Positions 46,464-57,986 of a stretch of 60,128 nt of DNA are shown here, one piece after another (the stretch's first letter is position 1; each line of letters begins with the position of its first letter). The DNA comes from Longimicrobiales bacterium (lineage in GTDB: Bacteria; Gemmatimonadota; Gemmatimonadetes; Longimicrobiales; Gaopeijiaceae), in contig JAVVFC010000001.1 of the NCBI GenBank assembly GCA_032250975.1, positions 1 through 60,128 on the forward strand, written 5' to 3'. A program made the translations under genes and the position numbers. The notes beneath the pieces were generated by a model. The model was not told the origin of the DNA and made no database searches. It saw only the letters and a program-made list of their open reading frames with translations.

Positions 46464-47206
46464 ACGCAAAAGCACCGCCGCCCCACGTCGCGCACGTGCA
46501 CGAGCACCTCGAGCGCCTCGAAAGCGGAATGTCCATCACCACCGACGAGGCGAGCGTCTTCCTGGGCGCCGAGAACGACACCCACTTCTGGGAGGTGGTG
46601 GGGTTACGCCTCCGGGGCGTACCCTCGGTGGTGCTCGCCGCGCTCCGTTTTCAGCGGCACGACCACCCGGGGGAGCCCTACGCGCGGGAGTCCCTCGCCA
46701 CCTACCTCTCCTCGCCCCCCGCCCCGCTCGCCACCGACCTGGGGGCAGCTCGACCGGGTGAGATTTCGGGCTATCTCCCGCGCTGGACTGAGACCATCCC
46801 CAACTTCCTGGCCCGCATGCGGGCGGGCGTGGACACCGACGCCGTGCACCTCTCGCCCGGCATGGTGGAGGCCGCCTTCGATTTCCGGACCGGCAACCCG
46901 TTCAGCGTGGACGTCATCCGGCGCTCGGTGGGGCCGATGACGCCCCACGTGCTACGCACCGCCGACGGGCACGTCCTGTACGGACTCGCTCACCCGGGCG
47001 CGCACCACGGCGGGGCCTTCCTGGCGCTCACCCACGCCCACCAGTTCACGCCCGGCGGCAAGATCTCGGTTCCGCCCCTCATGGTGCGGCGCGACTGGCT
47101 GGTCGCCTTCCTGCCGCTCGCCCACGAGCGCACCCGCCTGGCGGCCTCCAACTGGGCGCCCTTCCTGCCGGCCACCGCGAACAGCCGGCACATCCTGCAC
47201 ATCTGA
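46460..47206 (+). CDS. Hypothetical His-rich cytoplasmic protein
   Basis: ATGA overlap with trkH; 248 aa with protein-like composition; fills the gap before convergent upp. Confidence 0.72.
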   Translation: MNAKAPPPHVAHVHEHLERLESGMSITTDEASVFLGAENDTHFWEVVGLRLRGVPSVVLAALRFQRHDHPGEPYARESLATYLSSPPAPLATDLGAARPGEISGYLPRWTETIPNFLARMRAGVDTDAVHLSPGMVEAAFDFRTGNPFSVDVIRRSVGPMTPHVLRTADGHVLYGLAHPGAHHGGAFLALTHAHQFTPGGKISVPPLMVRRDWLVAFLPLAHERTRLAASNWAPFLPATANSRHILHI

Positions 47207-47218
47207 CGGCGCCGCCCG

Positions 47219-47236
47219 GCCCGACCGCGGTCGGGC
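47219..47236. repeat. Perfect 18-bp palindrome between convergent genes (probable terminator hairpin)
   Basis: GCCCGACCGCGGTCGGGC equals its reverse complement; no U-tract. Confidence 0.6.
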
Positions 47237-47243
47237 ACCCCGG

Positions 47244-47906
47244 CTAACGCGTGCCGAAGAGCCGGTCGCCGGCGTCCCCCAGTCCGGGCAGAATGTAGCC
47301 CCTCTCGTTGAGTTCCCGGTCCAGGGCGGCGGCATGCACCGCCACGTCCGGGTGGTCCTCCTCCAGCCGGCGTACCCCCTCGGGTGCGGCCACCAGACAG
47401 AGCAGCATCAGGCTCCGGGCGCCGTGCGACTTGAGCAGCCTGAGGGCGGCCGAGGCCGAGCCGCCCGTGGCCAGCATCGGGTCCAGGACCAGGAAGAGCC
47501 GCTCGGACGGCGAGGGCGGGATCTTCACGTAGTACTCCACCGGCTCCAGCGTCTCCTCGTTGCGGTAGAGCCCCACGTGTCCCACGCGCGCGCCCGGGAT
47601 CAGGGCGCACGCCCCGGGCACCATTCCCAGCCCCGCCCGCAGGATGGGAACCAGCACCGGCTTCTTCCCCCGGATCCGTCGCGCGGTCGTGGCCTCCATG
47701 GGGGTGCGGATCCGGACCTCCTCGGTCTCGAGCCCGCGGGTCGCTTCGCAGATCAGCAGCGTCGTGATCTCGCTCGCGAGCGCCTGCATGTCGCGCAACG
47801 GGGTGGCCTGGTCGCGCAGGTGCGAGAGCTTGTGCTGGATGAGCGGGTGGTCGGCCAGATGGAAGCGGGGGTGAGTCACCCCCGCCGGCCGCGCCGCGCC
47901 GCTCAT
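47244..47906 (-). CDS. upp: Uracil phosphoribosyltransferase
   Basis: HPLIQHKL, VPILRAGLGM, LDPMLATGGS, GYILPGLGDAGDRLFGT. Confidence 0.97.
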   Translation of the reverse strand: MSGAARPAGVTHPRFHLADHPLIQHKLSHLRDQATPLRDMQALASEITTLLICEATRGLETEEVRIRTPMEATTARRIRGKKPVLVPILRAGLGMVPGACALIPGARVGHVGLYRNEETLEPVEYYVKIPPSPSERLFLVLDPMLATGGSASAALRLLKSHGARSLMLLCLVAAPEGVRRLEEDHPDVAVHAAALDRELNERGYILPGLGDAGDRLFGTR

Positions 47907-49555
47907 CGCTTGATCCGCTCCCCCCGGTCCTCCACACGGAAGATCCAGGCCGCCATGCGCCCGGGCCGGATGCGGCCCGTCTCGTCCCCGAACTCGTGAT
48001 CCGCCATCGAGCCCATGTTCAGCCCGGGGCGCTCCGCGATCTCACGGTGCACAGCCCCGACCCGCTCCCGCCACCGCACCCAGTTGGCCGGACGCAGATC
48101 CACCCAGCCCGAATCGACCACGCGCGGGTCGTCCGGCGCCTGCCCCTCGTCGGGTGGCACCTTCACCCGGGCCCCCCGCAGCACCCGGTCCCCGGCCGGG
48201 AGCAGCACGGGCAGCCCGATCGAGAGGATGCGTTGCCGGAAGTCGGCGTCCTCCCGCACCAGGGCCTCCGCCCGTACCGCGGTCTCGTCCGGATCGAGGT
48301 CGGCGGCAGCCGCCCGCGTCCCGTACAGGCGCTCCAGGATGGACGCCTCGAAAAGGAGCTTGGAGAGGCGGGGGGGGCCCAGCATCTCGTAGGCCACCGA
48401 GCGCACCCCGTGCTCGGCCTCCAGCGCGTCCATGAAGGCGAGCGCACGCCCCCGCAGCGCACCGGCCCGGTAGGTGGGGCCCAGGGTGGCGCCGTCGAGC
48501 GCCGCCACCACGTCCTTGCCGGTGGGATGCGCCAGGATCTCGCGCAGCACCGTGTCCGCGATCTCCTCGGGCGTCAGGAACTCCATGAGGCCCAGTGCCG
48601 TCAGGGTCTCGAACTCCCCGGGGGAGAACAGGCCGTTCTCTCCCGCGTCCAGGAAGACCCCCTCGAGGGGCGTGTCCAGCTGTTCGAAGCCATGCTCGCC
48701 GTCGAAGGCCTCCGCCAGCGGCAGCGGGGTGGTGGCATCGGAGCGGAGGATGGGACGCCCCCCCTGACGCACGGGTCCGTATCCGATGGACTTCCACGAG
48801 ATGGCGGCGGTGGGCTTGACCTCCTTCACGGAGGGTGCGCCCGGGGTGCGAGCCATCAGATAGAGGAGCAGCGTGTGCGCCCCCGCCAGCGAGGCCTTGG
48901 CCAGCAGCACCCGCGAGGGCCGCTCCTCGGAGTGGGTGAAGGGAATGTTGAGCCCCATCCCCCCGGTGCCGGCCGTTCCGACCTTGACGTACATCTGCGT
49001 TCCCGCCCGCTTCATCCCTTCCAGGGCGATCTGCACGTGCCGGATCAGCTGCGGCAGGTAGAGGTTGGCCAGGTGCCGCTCGACGTCCTCGCTGTCGGCT
49101 CCCCCCGCCTCGGCCCGGGCCCGGAGATGGGCGGCGGAGCGGAAGGCGTTCTGGTAGGCCATGGCTCCGGCGGTGTTGATGCAGTCCACCACCACGTCCG
49201 GGCGGACGTCGGCCAGCAGCGCCCCCAGCGCCGAGCGCTCCAGGACCGCCGGGGTCAGCTCCCCGAAGACGTCGTCCACCAGGGCCCGGCGATCCGCATC
49301 GTCGTGATGGATCTCCTCCCGCGTGCGCAGACGCATCGCATCGGGCACGAAGAGATCGCCCCAGTGGCCCCCGATGCGGTCCTCCAGCCCGGGATACTCC
49401 CGGGAGAGCTCCGCCCGTGCTTCCGTCACCTCGTGCTCGCGCAGCGAGGTGATCACCACCCGCCGGGGATCGGCTTCGAGCACACGGCGCGTCACCGCCA
49501 TCCCCACCAGGCCCGCGCCGCCCAGTACCAGCACCGTCCGGTCCTTCAGGTCCAT
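47903..49555 (-). CDS. Uncharacterised extended Rossmann-fold (SDR-like) protein
   Basis: VLVLGGAGLVG, VVDCINTA, VGTAGTGGMGLNIPFTHSE; GGAGG SD. Confidence 0.8.
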   Translation of the reverse strand: MDLKDRTVLVLGGAGLVGMAVTRRVLEADPRRVVITSLREHEVTEARAELSREYPGLEDRIGGHWGDLFVPDAMRLRTREEIHHDDADRRALVDDVFGELTPAVLERSALGALLADVRPDVVVDCINTAGAMAYQNAFRSAAHLRARAEAGGADSEDVERHLANLYLPQLIRHVQIALEGMKRAGTQMYVKVGTAGTGGMGLNIPFTHSEERPSRVLLAKASLAGAHTLLLYLMARTPGAPSVKEVKPTAAISWKSIGYGPVRQGGRPILRSDATTPLPLAEAFDGEHGFEQLDTPLEGVFLDAGENGLFSPGEFETLTALGLMEFLTPEEIADTVLREILAHPTGKDVVAALDGATLGPTYRAGALRGRALAFMDALEAEHGVRSVAYEMLGPPRLSKLLFEASILERLYGTRAAAADLDPDETAVRAEALVREDADFRQRILSIGLPVLLPAGDRVLRGARVKVPPDEGQAPDDPRVVDSGWVDLRPANWVRWRERVGAVHREIAERPGLNMGSMADHEFGDETGRIRPGRMAAWIFRVEDRGERIKR

Positions 49556-49583
49556 GCCCCCTCCAATCCGGGGCCGGAGGGGC

Positions 49584-50321
49584 TCACCCCGCCGTCCGCC
49601 GGAGCCGGTTGATCTCGTCCGCTTCCAGGTCCCGCCACGCGCCCGGCGCCAACGACCCCAGGCGCACGGGACCGAACCGCTCCCGCCGCAGGCGCAGCAC
49701 CGGGTGCCCCACCGCCGCCAACATCCGCCGAACCTCCCGCTTTCGCCCCTCCGTCAGGATCAGGCGCACCTCGCCGGGTCCGGCGCCGGAGCTCCGCCAC
49801 GCGCGCACCGCCCGGGCCGGACCATCCTCCAGCACCACCCCCTCCGTGAGCCTCATGAAGGTAGCCGAATCCGGGGCACCCTTCACCTGTGCATGGTACT
49901 CGCGCTCCACCTGAAAGGCGGGGTGCGTGAGGCGGTGCAGCAGGTCGCCGTCGGTGGTCATCAGCAGGAGTCCCTCGGTATCGCGATCCAGGCGGCCCAC
50001 GTAGCGCAGGGGGTGCAGCGCGGGCGGGAGCAGGTCGTAGACGGTGCGCCCTCCCCCCGGATCCCGGCGCGTGGTCAGGACGCCGGCCGGCTTGTGCAGC
50101 AGCACCCAGCGCGCGGGCGGGGCGTGGACCGTCCTCCCATCGACCTCCACCACGTCCCGGTCCGGGTCGATGCGTACCCCGAGTTCGCCCGCGGGCGCCC
50201 CGTTCACCCGCACCCGCCCGGCCCGCATGAGCACCTCGGCCTTGCGACGCGACGCCACCCCGGCCCGCGCCAGGAACTTCTGCAGGCGAACCCCTTCCGT
50301 GCCCTCGTCCGTGCCCCCCAC
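49584..50321 (-). CDS. rluB: rRNA pseudouridine synthase (RluB/RsuA family)
   Basis: RLQKFLARAGVASRRKAE S4 domain, VGRLDRDTEGLLL, EGRKREVRRM; follows scpAB. Confidence 0.9.
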   Translation of the reverse strand: MGGTDEGTEGVRLQKFLARAGVASRRKAEVLMRAGRVRVNGAPAGELGVRIDPDRDVVEVDGRTVHAPPARWVLLHKPAGVLTTRRDPGGGRTVYDLLPPALHPLRYVGRLDRDTEGLLLMTTDGDLLHRLTHPAFQVEREYHAQVKGAPDSATFMRLTEGVVLEDGPARAVRAWRSSGAGPGEVRLILTEGRKREVRRMLAAVGHPVLRLRRERFGPVRLGSLAPGAWRDLEADEINRLRRTAG

Positions 50322-50334
50322 TGCGGACGCCCGG

Positions 50335-50954
<620 letters not shown>

Positions 50955-50958
<4 letters not shown>

Positions 50959-51821
50959 GGGCTCTCCTGCGTGGTCGTTTCGGGCCGGTCCCCGCCGGCA
51001 TCGTCCGTGGCCTCCGCGGCATCGTCGGTGGCCCCCGCGGACTCGTCCGCGGCACCCTCGGTCTCGGGATCGCGCCGGTAGATCCAGAGCTCCGAGAAGG
51101 GGTTCACCTGGCGCAGATAGACGGCGCGACGGCGCGTGAGTTCCAGCGAAGCCAGGAAGGTCATGACACCGTGCATGCGCGCCTGCAGTCCCTCGACACC
51201 GCGCAGCAGGCGCGAGAACTCCACGCGGGTGGCGCGACCGAGCGCGTCCAGGATGAGCGCCACCTTCGTCTCCATCGCCACCGGCCGCACCCGAACCCGG
51301 TGCTCGACGTCGCGGGGATCGGGCATCTCGACCGCCAGCGCCGCCTCCATCACCTCCTCCCAGCCGGTCTCGAGGGGAGTGTCCTCGAGCGTGGGCCGGG
51401 GACGCGCCTCCACATACCCCTTGCCGAAACGCCGGCCGCGCTCCGCCTCGGCCGTCTGCAGGCGCGCCGAGATCTCCCGGATCTGCTCGTACTCGAGCAG
51501 CCGGCGCACCAGTTCCGCCCGCGGGTCGGCCTCCTCGTCGTCGCCGTAGCGCGGCAGGAGCATCTGCGCCTTGATGCGCACCAGCGTGGCCGCCATCTCC
51601 AGGAATTCACCGGCGCTGTCGAGCTGCGTGGCGTGGATCTCCTTGACGGCCCGCAGGAACTGGTCGGTGATGCGCGCGATCGGGATGTCGAAGACGTCGA
51701 CGTCCTGCACCCGGATCAGGTGCAGCAGCAGGTCGAGCGGTCCCTGGAAGCGGTCGATCTCGACCACCCAGAAGCCCGCCTTCTCGCCGAAGAGCCCGGC
51801 GCCGGTCTCCGGAGCCGCCAT
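50955..51821 (-). CDS. scpA: Segregation and condensation protein ScpA
   Basis: FQGPLDLLLHLI, FLEMAATLVRIKAQMLLP, TFLASLEL. Confidence 0.95.
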
Positions 51822-52474
51822 CAGATCCAGAGGCGCACGAAGGCGTCCGCGATGCCCATGAGCCAGAAGACGGGCGCCAGCGCCACCCGCAGCGCACCGG
51901 GCACGACGAAGACCAGGACGAGCAGGAGGGGGATGCCGATCCGCCCCAACGCCGCGTAGCGGGCGCGCCAGCGTGCCGGCAGCAGCTGCGCCAACACGTG
52001 CGAGCCGTCCAGGGGCGGGATGGGGAGCAGGTTGAAGAAGGCGAGCAGCAGGTTGATGAAGATTCCGAAGAAGGCCCCCCGCTGCAGCACCTCGGCCAAT
52101 CCGGCAGGAATCGTCCCACCCAGCGCAGCCGTCCCCGCAGCCACCAGGGTACAGAGCAACGCCAGCAGAAGGTTGGCCACGATCCCCGCCAGCGACACCC
52201 GCACGTCCCCCCAGGGGTGCGACCGGAAACGGGCCGGGTTCACGGGTACCGGACGGGCCCATCCGAAGATCATGCCCTCGGTGGCCAGGTAGAGGAAGAT
52301 GGGGACGATCAGCGAACCCACCGGGTCCAGGTGCGGGATGGGGTTCAGCGTGATCCGGCCCAGCTCGTCGGCGGTGGGGTCCCCCTCCCGACGCGCCTGC
52401 CAGGCATGCGCCACTTCGTGCACCACCACCGACATGACGAGGATGGGCACCAGGAGGAGGAAGTCGGGATTCAT
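51821..52474 (-). CDS. Site-2 protease (M50) family membrane metalloprotease
   Basis: HEVAH, TLNPIPHLDPVG, FNLLPIPPLDG. Confidence 0.94.
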   Translation of the reverse strand: MNPDFLLLVPILVMSVVVHEVAHAWQARREGDPTADELGRITLNPIPHLDPVGSLIVPIFLYLATEGMIFGWARPVPVNPARFRSHPWGDVRVSLAGIVANLLLALLCTLVAAGTAALGGTIPAGLAEVLQRGAFFGIFINLLLAFFNLLPIPPLDGSHVLAQLLPARWRARYAALGRIGIPLLLVLVFVVPGALRVALAPVFWLMGIADAFVRLWI

Positions 52475-52542
52475 GGAGGGGGAAAGCTATTCGCGCAGGG
52501 AGTGGGCGACCAGACCCGTCCCGGGCGGGGGCGGTCGGGGCG

Positions 52543-52571
52543 TTGCTCCGGTGCGTCTGCTCGCCTATCTT
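52543..52571 (+). promoter_or_regulatory. Putative rpsT promoter
   Basis: TTGCTC-N17-TATCTT. Confidence 0.55.
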
Positions 52572-52622
52572 TCACGGCTTGTCGGACCATCTGGTCCCAC
52601 ATCCCGAACAACCAGCACGCCG

Positions 52623-52874
52623 ATGCCGAACATCAAGAGCGCCACCAAGCGCATGGAACTCAGCCGCAAGTGGGCCGCGGCCAACCGCCGCAAGCGGTCC
52701 ACCCTGCGCACCGCCATCAAGAAGGTCCGGTCCGCCACGTCGGCCGAGGAGGCACAGGCACGCTTCCGCGAGGCGGTGGCGCTGCTCGACCGCGCGGCCA
52801 CCCGCCGGCTGGTACATCCCAATCAGGCGGCCCGCATCAAGAGCCGGCTTTCGCAGCACGTCGCCGGGCTCTGA
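52623..52874 (+). CDS. rpsT: 30S ribosomal protein S20
   Basis: MPNIKSATKR..RTAIKKV..HPNQAARIKSRL. Confidence 0.97.
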   Translation: MPNIKSATKRMELSRKWAAANRRKRSTLRTAIKKVRSATSAEEAQARFREAVALLDRAATRRLVHPNQAARIKSRLSQHVAGL

Positions 52875-52991
52875 CCTGACGCCGGGCCCACTGCCCGGGC
52901 CTTTTCGGCCGCCCATGAAGCCGGGCGGCCCCGACGGATGCCGGCTCCGGCCCCGTTCGTCCCCCCGCGCGCGCCGCGGGTAAGCGGGTAG

Positions 52992-54277
52992 TCAGTCGAG
53001 TTCGAAGACCGGCGCACCCCCCACCACCGTCAGTACGGCTCGGCCGGTCAACTCCCAGCCGTGGAACGGGGTGTTCCGCCCCAGGGAGCGGAAGGCGTTC
53101 CGGTCCACGGTCCAGCGGCGTGCCGGATCCAGCACGGTGACGTCCGCGGGACTGCCCACACGCAGGGTGCCCCCGGGCAGATTGAAGGCCTGCGCCGGCT
53201 GGCAGCTCATGCGCTCCACCATGCGGGAGAGGTCCATCCGGCCGGCGCCCACGAAGTGCGTGAGGATGAGCCCCACGGAAGTCTCCAGCCCGACGATTCC
53301 GTTGGGCGCATCGTCGAAGGCGGCCTCCTTCTCGTCGTAGTGATGCGGGGCGTGGTCGGTGGCGATGATGTCGAGCGTCCCATCCAGCACTCCCTCCACC
53401 ACCGCGTCCCGGTCCGCCGAGGTGCGGAGCGGCGGGTTCATCTTGGCCTCGGTGCGGTAGCCCTCCACGGCCTCGTCGGTGAGGATCAGGTGGTGGGGCG
53501 AGGCCTCTGCGGTGACGCGGACGCCGCGGGCCTTGGCCTGGCGGATCATCTCCACACCGAAGCGGGTCGAGACATGCTGCAGATGAATGTGTCCGCCCGT
53601 GAACTCGGCCACCAGCAGGTCCCGCACGATGTGGACGTCCTCGCTGGCGTTGGGCTTGCCGCGCAGCCCCAGCCGGGTGGAAACCAGCCCCTCGTTCATC
53701 TGCCCACCGCGGGAGAGCCCCAGATCCTCGGGGTGATCGGCGACCGGGATGCCGAAGCCGCGGGCGTACTCCAGCGCCAGGCGCATGAGCCCCGAATCCA
53801 TGACCGGGTGCCCGTCGTCGGTGATGGCCACCGCCCCCGCCTCCACCATCTCGCCCACGGGAGCCAGCCGGACGCCCTTGAGGCCCAGCGAGATGGCGCC
53901 GGTGGGGTGGACGCGGGCGGCCCCGGCACGCCGGCCCTCGGCCAGCACGAAGCCCACCAGCGCAGGAGAGTCCAGCACCGGGTCGGTGTTCGGCATGGCC
54001 ACCACCGCGGTGAACCCCCCCGCGGCGGCGGCCCGCGCCCCGCTCCGGATGGTCTCCTTGTGCTCCTGACCGGGCTCGCGCAGGTGCACGTGCGGGTCGA
54101 TCAGGCCCGGGGTGACCACGTGGTCCGCACACGATACCACGCGCGCCCCCTCGGGCGGCTCGAGCGCTCCCCCCACCGCGGCCACGATCCCGTCGGCCAG
54201 CAGCACGTCCCGCACCCCGTCCAGGCGCTGCGAGGGGTCCACCACCCGGCCCCCCTTGAGGAACAGCGGTCGCGGCG

Positions 54278-54281
<4 letters not shown>
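52992..54281 (-). CDS. pyrC: Dihydroorotase (type I)
   Basis: [35 protein letters not shown]. Confidence 0.96.
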
Positions 54282-55245
<964 letters not shown>

Positions 55246-55249
<4 letters not shown>

Positions 55250-55806
55250 GCTTCCTCCTCGGCTTCGTCCACGAGTTCCACCGCCAGCCGCCCATCCAGC
55301 TCCGGCACCCGCACCTCGACGCGCCGGCCGCCGACCCACTCCACGTGCCGTCCCACCACGTCCGCCTGCACGGGGATCTCGCGCCCCTCCCGATCCACCA
55401 GTACGCAGAGGAGTACGCGCGCCGGGCGCCCGTAGTCCATCAGTTCGTTGAGCGCCGCCCGCACGGTGCGGCCGGTGAAGAGAACGTCGTCCACCACCAC
55501 CACGGTGGCGCCGTCGATGCCGCCCGGGGGGAGCTCCGTCTCGCCCACCACCGGCCGGGGTCCGACCGTGGCCAGATCGTCGCGGTAGAGGGTGATGTCG
55601 AGCGCACCCAACGGGACCTCGACCTGTTCGGCGCTCCGGATCTCGCCGTGGAGGAGGGCGGCGAGGTGGTCACCCCGGCGCCGGATGCCCATCAGCACCA
55701 GCCCGGCGGTACCGCCCGTGCGCTCGACCACCTCCCGCGCCATGCGCGCGAGGGCACGACGGACCGCGGTCTCGTCCATGATGGGGGTGACACGCTCGCT
55801 GCTCAT
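55246..55806 (-). CDS. pyrR: Bifunctional pyr regulator / UPRTase PyrR
   Basis: [30 protein letters not shown]. Confidence 0.95.
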
Positions 55807-55899
55807 GACGGTCGGGGGCGGGGGGCGCGGGCGCCGCCCCCGGATCGGAGGCGCCGGGCGTGCGGCCCGCCGCCCGGGTCCGCGGGCGGCCGGGTCCCG

Positions 55900-55976
55900 A
55901 ATCTTCGTCGGCCCCTTCCGGGGTGTCAACGCGGCGCGCGGGCAGGCTTTACATCGAGGGGAGTGGGACCCATTCT
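55900..55976. promoter_or_regulatory. Divergent promoters for pyrR (minus) and the NhaC gene (plus)
   Basis: Minus: TTGACA (55924-55929)-N17/18-GAAGAT/AAGATT; plus: TTTACA-N17-CATTCT (55948-55976). Confidence 0.5.
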
Positions 55977-56020
55977 GACGGGATTTTTTCGACCACTCCC
56001 CCTTCGCGACGCCCCCCGCC

Positions 56021-57973
56021 ATGCGAACTCGACGCTCCCGGTGCCTTCCGCTGCTCGCCCTCGCCGGCACGACGCTCCTGCCGGCCCCTCCGGCGCTGCA
56101 GGCCCAGGAGGTCCGCGGGGCGCCCGACGTGGTGCTGCGCGGAGTCCCCTTCTCCTTCCACGTGCACGGCCCCGCCGAGGGGGGCGCCGAGGCCGCGTGG
56201 TCGGTTTCCGACGCCACGGGGCGCACCCTGGCATCCGGGACCGTTGCGGGGTACGACAGCGTCCAGGTCGCAGACCTGCAGGTGAGCGAACGCGCTCAGC
56301 TCCCCCTGCGCGTGACGGTGGGCGCCCACAGCGAATCCCTGTCCCCGACGCTCACCGCGGGCTGGTTCTCCCTCCTCCCTCCCCTGCTGGCGATCCTGCT
56401 CGCGCTCCTCTTCCGAGAGGTCGTCACCGCCCTGGTGGCGGGCGTCTGGCTTGGGGCCCTGGCGGTCGCGGGCTTCAACCCCGTGGCGGGGCTGTGGCGC
56501 ATGATGGACCAGTTCGTGGTCCCGGCGGTGGCGCATCCGGACCACGCGTCCATCCTGGTGTTTTCGCTCCTGCTGGGCGGGATGGTGGGCATCATCTCCC
56601 GCAACGGAGGTACGGCCGGAATCGTGGAGGCGGTGGCGCCTATGGCCTCCACGCCCCGGCGGGGCAAGCTGGCGACCTGGCTGGCCGGGATGGCGATCTT
56701 CTTCGACGACTACGCCAACACCCTCATCGTGGGCAATACCATGCGGCCCATCACCGACCGGCTGAAGATCTCGCGCGAGAAGCTGGCGTATCTGGTCGAC
56801 TCCACGGCGGCGCCGGTCGCGGCGCTGGTGCCGGTGAGCACGTGGGTCGGGTACGAGATGAGCCTCATCGCGGACGGCTTCGGGATCGCCGCCCAGCAGG
56901 CCGGCTCGCCGGAGGTCGCGGCGGCGTTCACGGCGGTGAGCCCCTTCACGGTCTTCGTGCACACCATTCCCTACCTGTTCTACCCGCTGCTGGCCCTCGC
57001 GCTGGTATTTCTGACCTCGGCCACCGGGCGCGACCTGGGCCCGATGGCCTGGGCGGAGGCCCGCGCGGCTTCAGGTCGGGGGCTCTTCCGTCCAGGTGCC
57101 CAGCTGGCCAGTGACACCGGATCGGACGAGATGGCGGTCAAGGAGGGGGTCCCGCTGCGCTGGTGGAACGCGGCCCTGCCGGTCCTCACCGTGGTTGTGG
57201 TCGTCCTGGGCGGGCTCTACGCCACCGGGCGGGCCGCCGCGGGGGCGGGGGCGCCACTGCGCGACGTCTTCGGGGAGGCTGACCCGTTCAGCACCCTGCT
57301 GTGGGGATCGCTGGCGGGGTGCCTGGTGGCGTTCCTGCTCACGCTGGGCCAGCGCATCCTGACACTGCCCGAGGCCATCGAGGGGTGGCTGGGGGGGATG
57401 CGCGCCATGATGATCGCCATGATCATCCTCACCCTGGCCTGGTCCCTGGGCAAGGTCACCGAGGAGGTGGGCACCGCCCAGTTCCTGTCCTCGGTCCTGT
57501 CCGACCGGGTGGCCCTGGAGCTCCTTCCCGTGCTCGTCTTCCTGACCGCGGCCGCCATGGCGTTCGCGACCGGGACGTCGTGGGGGACGATGGCGATTCT
57601 GATCCCGCTGGTCATTCCGCTCACGGTGAGCCTGGGCGGCGCTGTCAACTTCGACGGCGGCAGCCACTATTCGATCCTGCTGGGCGCCATCTCGTCGGTG
57701 CTGGCGGGCGCGATTTTCGGCGACCACTGCTCGCCCATCTCCGACACCACCGTTCTCTCGTCCACCGCCTCGGGGTGCGACCACGTGGATCACGTCCGCA
57801 CCCAGCTGCCCTACGCCCTGCTGGTGGCGGTGCTGGGGATGCTGCTCGGGGACCTCGGGACGGCCTACGGCCTGCCGAACTGGTTGGCCCTGGGCGCGGG
57901 TGTGCTCATCCTCTTCCTGGTGCTGCGCCTGTTCGGGAAGGAGGCGGTAGCGACGGCGTCCGCGTCCGGGTGA
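56021..57973 (+). CDS. NhaC-family Na+/H+ antiporter-like transporter with extra N-terminal exported domain
   Basis: FFDDYAN, SREKLAYLVDSTAAP, FATGTSWGT, GDHCSPISDTT..DHVRTQLPY. Confidence 0.92.
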   Translation: MRTRRSRCLPLLALAGTTLLPAPPALQAQEVRGAPDVVLRGVPFSFHVHGPAEGGAEAAWSVSDATGRTLASGTVAGYDSVQVADLQVSERAQLPLRVTVGAHSESLSPTLTAGWFSLLPPLLAILLALLFREVVTALVAGVWLGALAVAGFNPVAGLWRMMDQFVVPAVAHPDHASILVFSLLLGGMVGIISRNGGTAGIVEAVAPMASTPRRGKLATWLAGMAIFFDDYANTLIVGNTMRPITDRLKISREKLAYLVDSTAAPVAALVPVSTWVGYEMSLIADGFGIAAQQAGSPEVAAAFTAVSPFTVFVHTIPYLFYPLLALALVFLTSATGRDLGPMAWAEARAASGRGLFRPGAQLASDTGSDEMAVKEGVPLRWWNAALPVLTVVVVVLGGLYATGRAAAGAGAPLRDVFGEADPFSTLLWGSLAGCLVAFLLTLGQRILTLPEAIEGWLGGMRAMMIAMIILTLAWSLGKVTEEVGTAQFLSSVLSDRVALELLPVLVFLTAAAMAFATGTSWGTMAILIPLVIPLTVSLGGAVNFDGGSHYSILLGAISSVLAGAIFGDHCSPISDTTVLSSTASGCDHVDHVRTQLPYALLVAVLGMLLGDLGTAYGLPNWLALGAGVLILFLVLRLFGKEAVATASASG

Positions 57974-57986
57974 CGTAACGGGTCCA

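Noticed and set aside
52875-52991. ncRNA between rpsT and pyrC
   Set aside because: GC hairpins are adequately explained as terminators of convergent genes; no recognisable RNA family.
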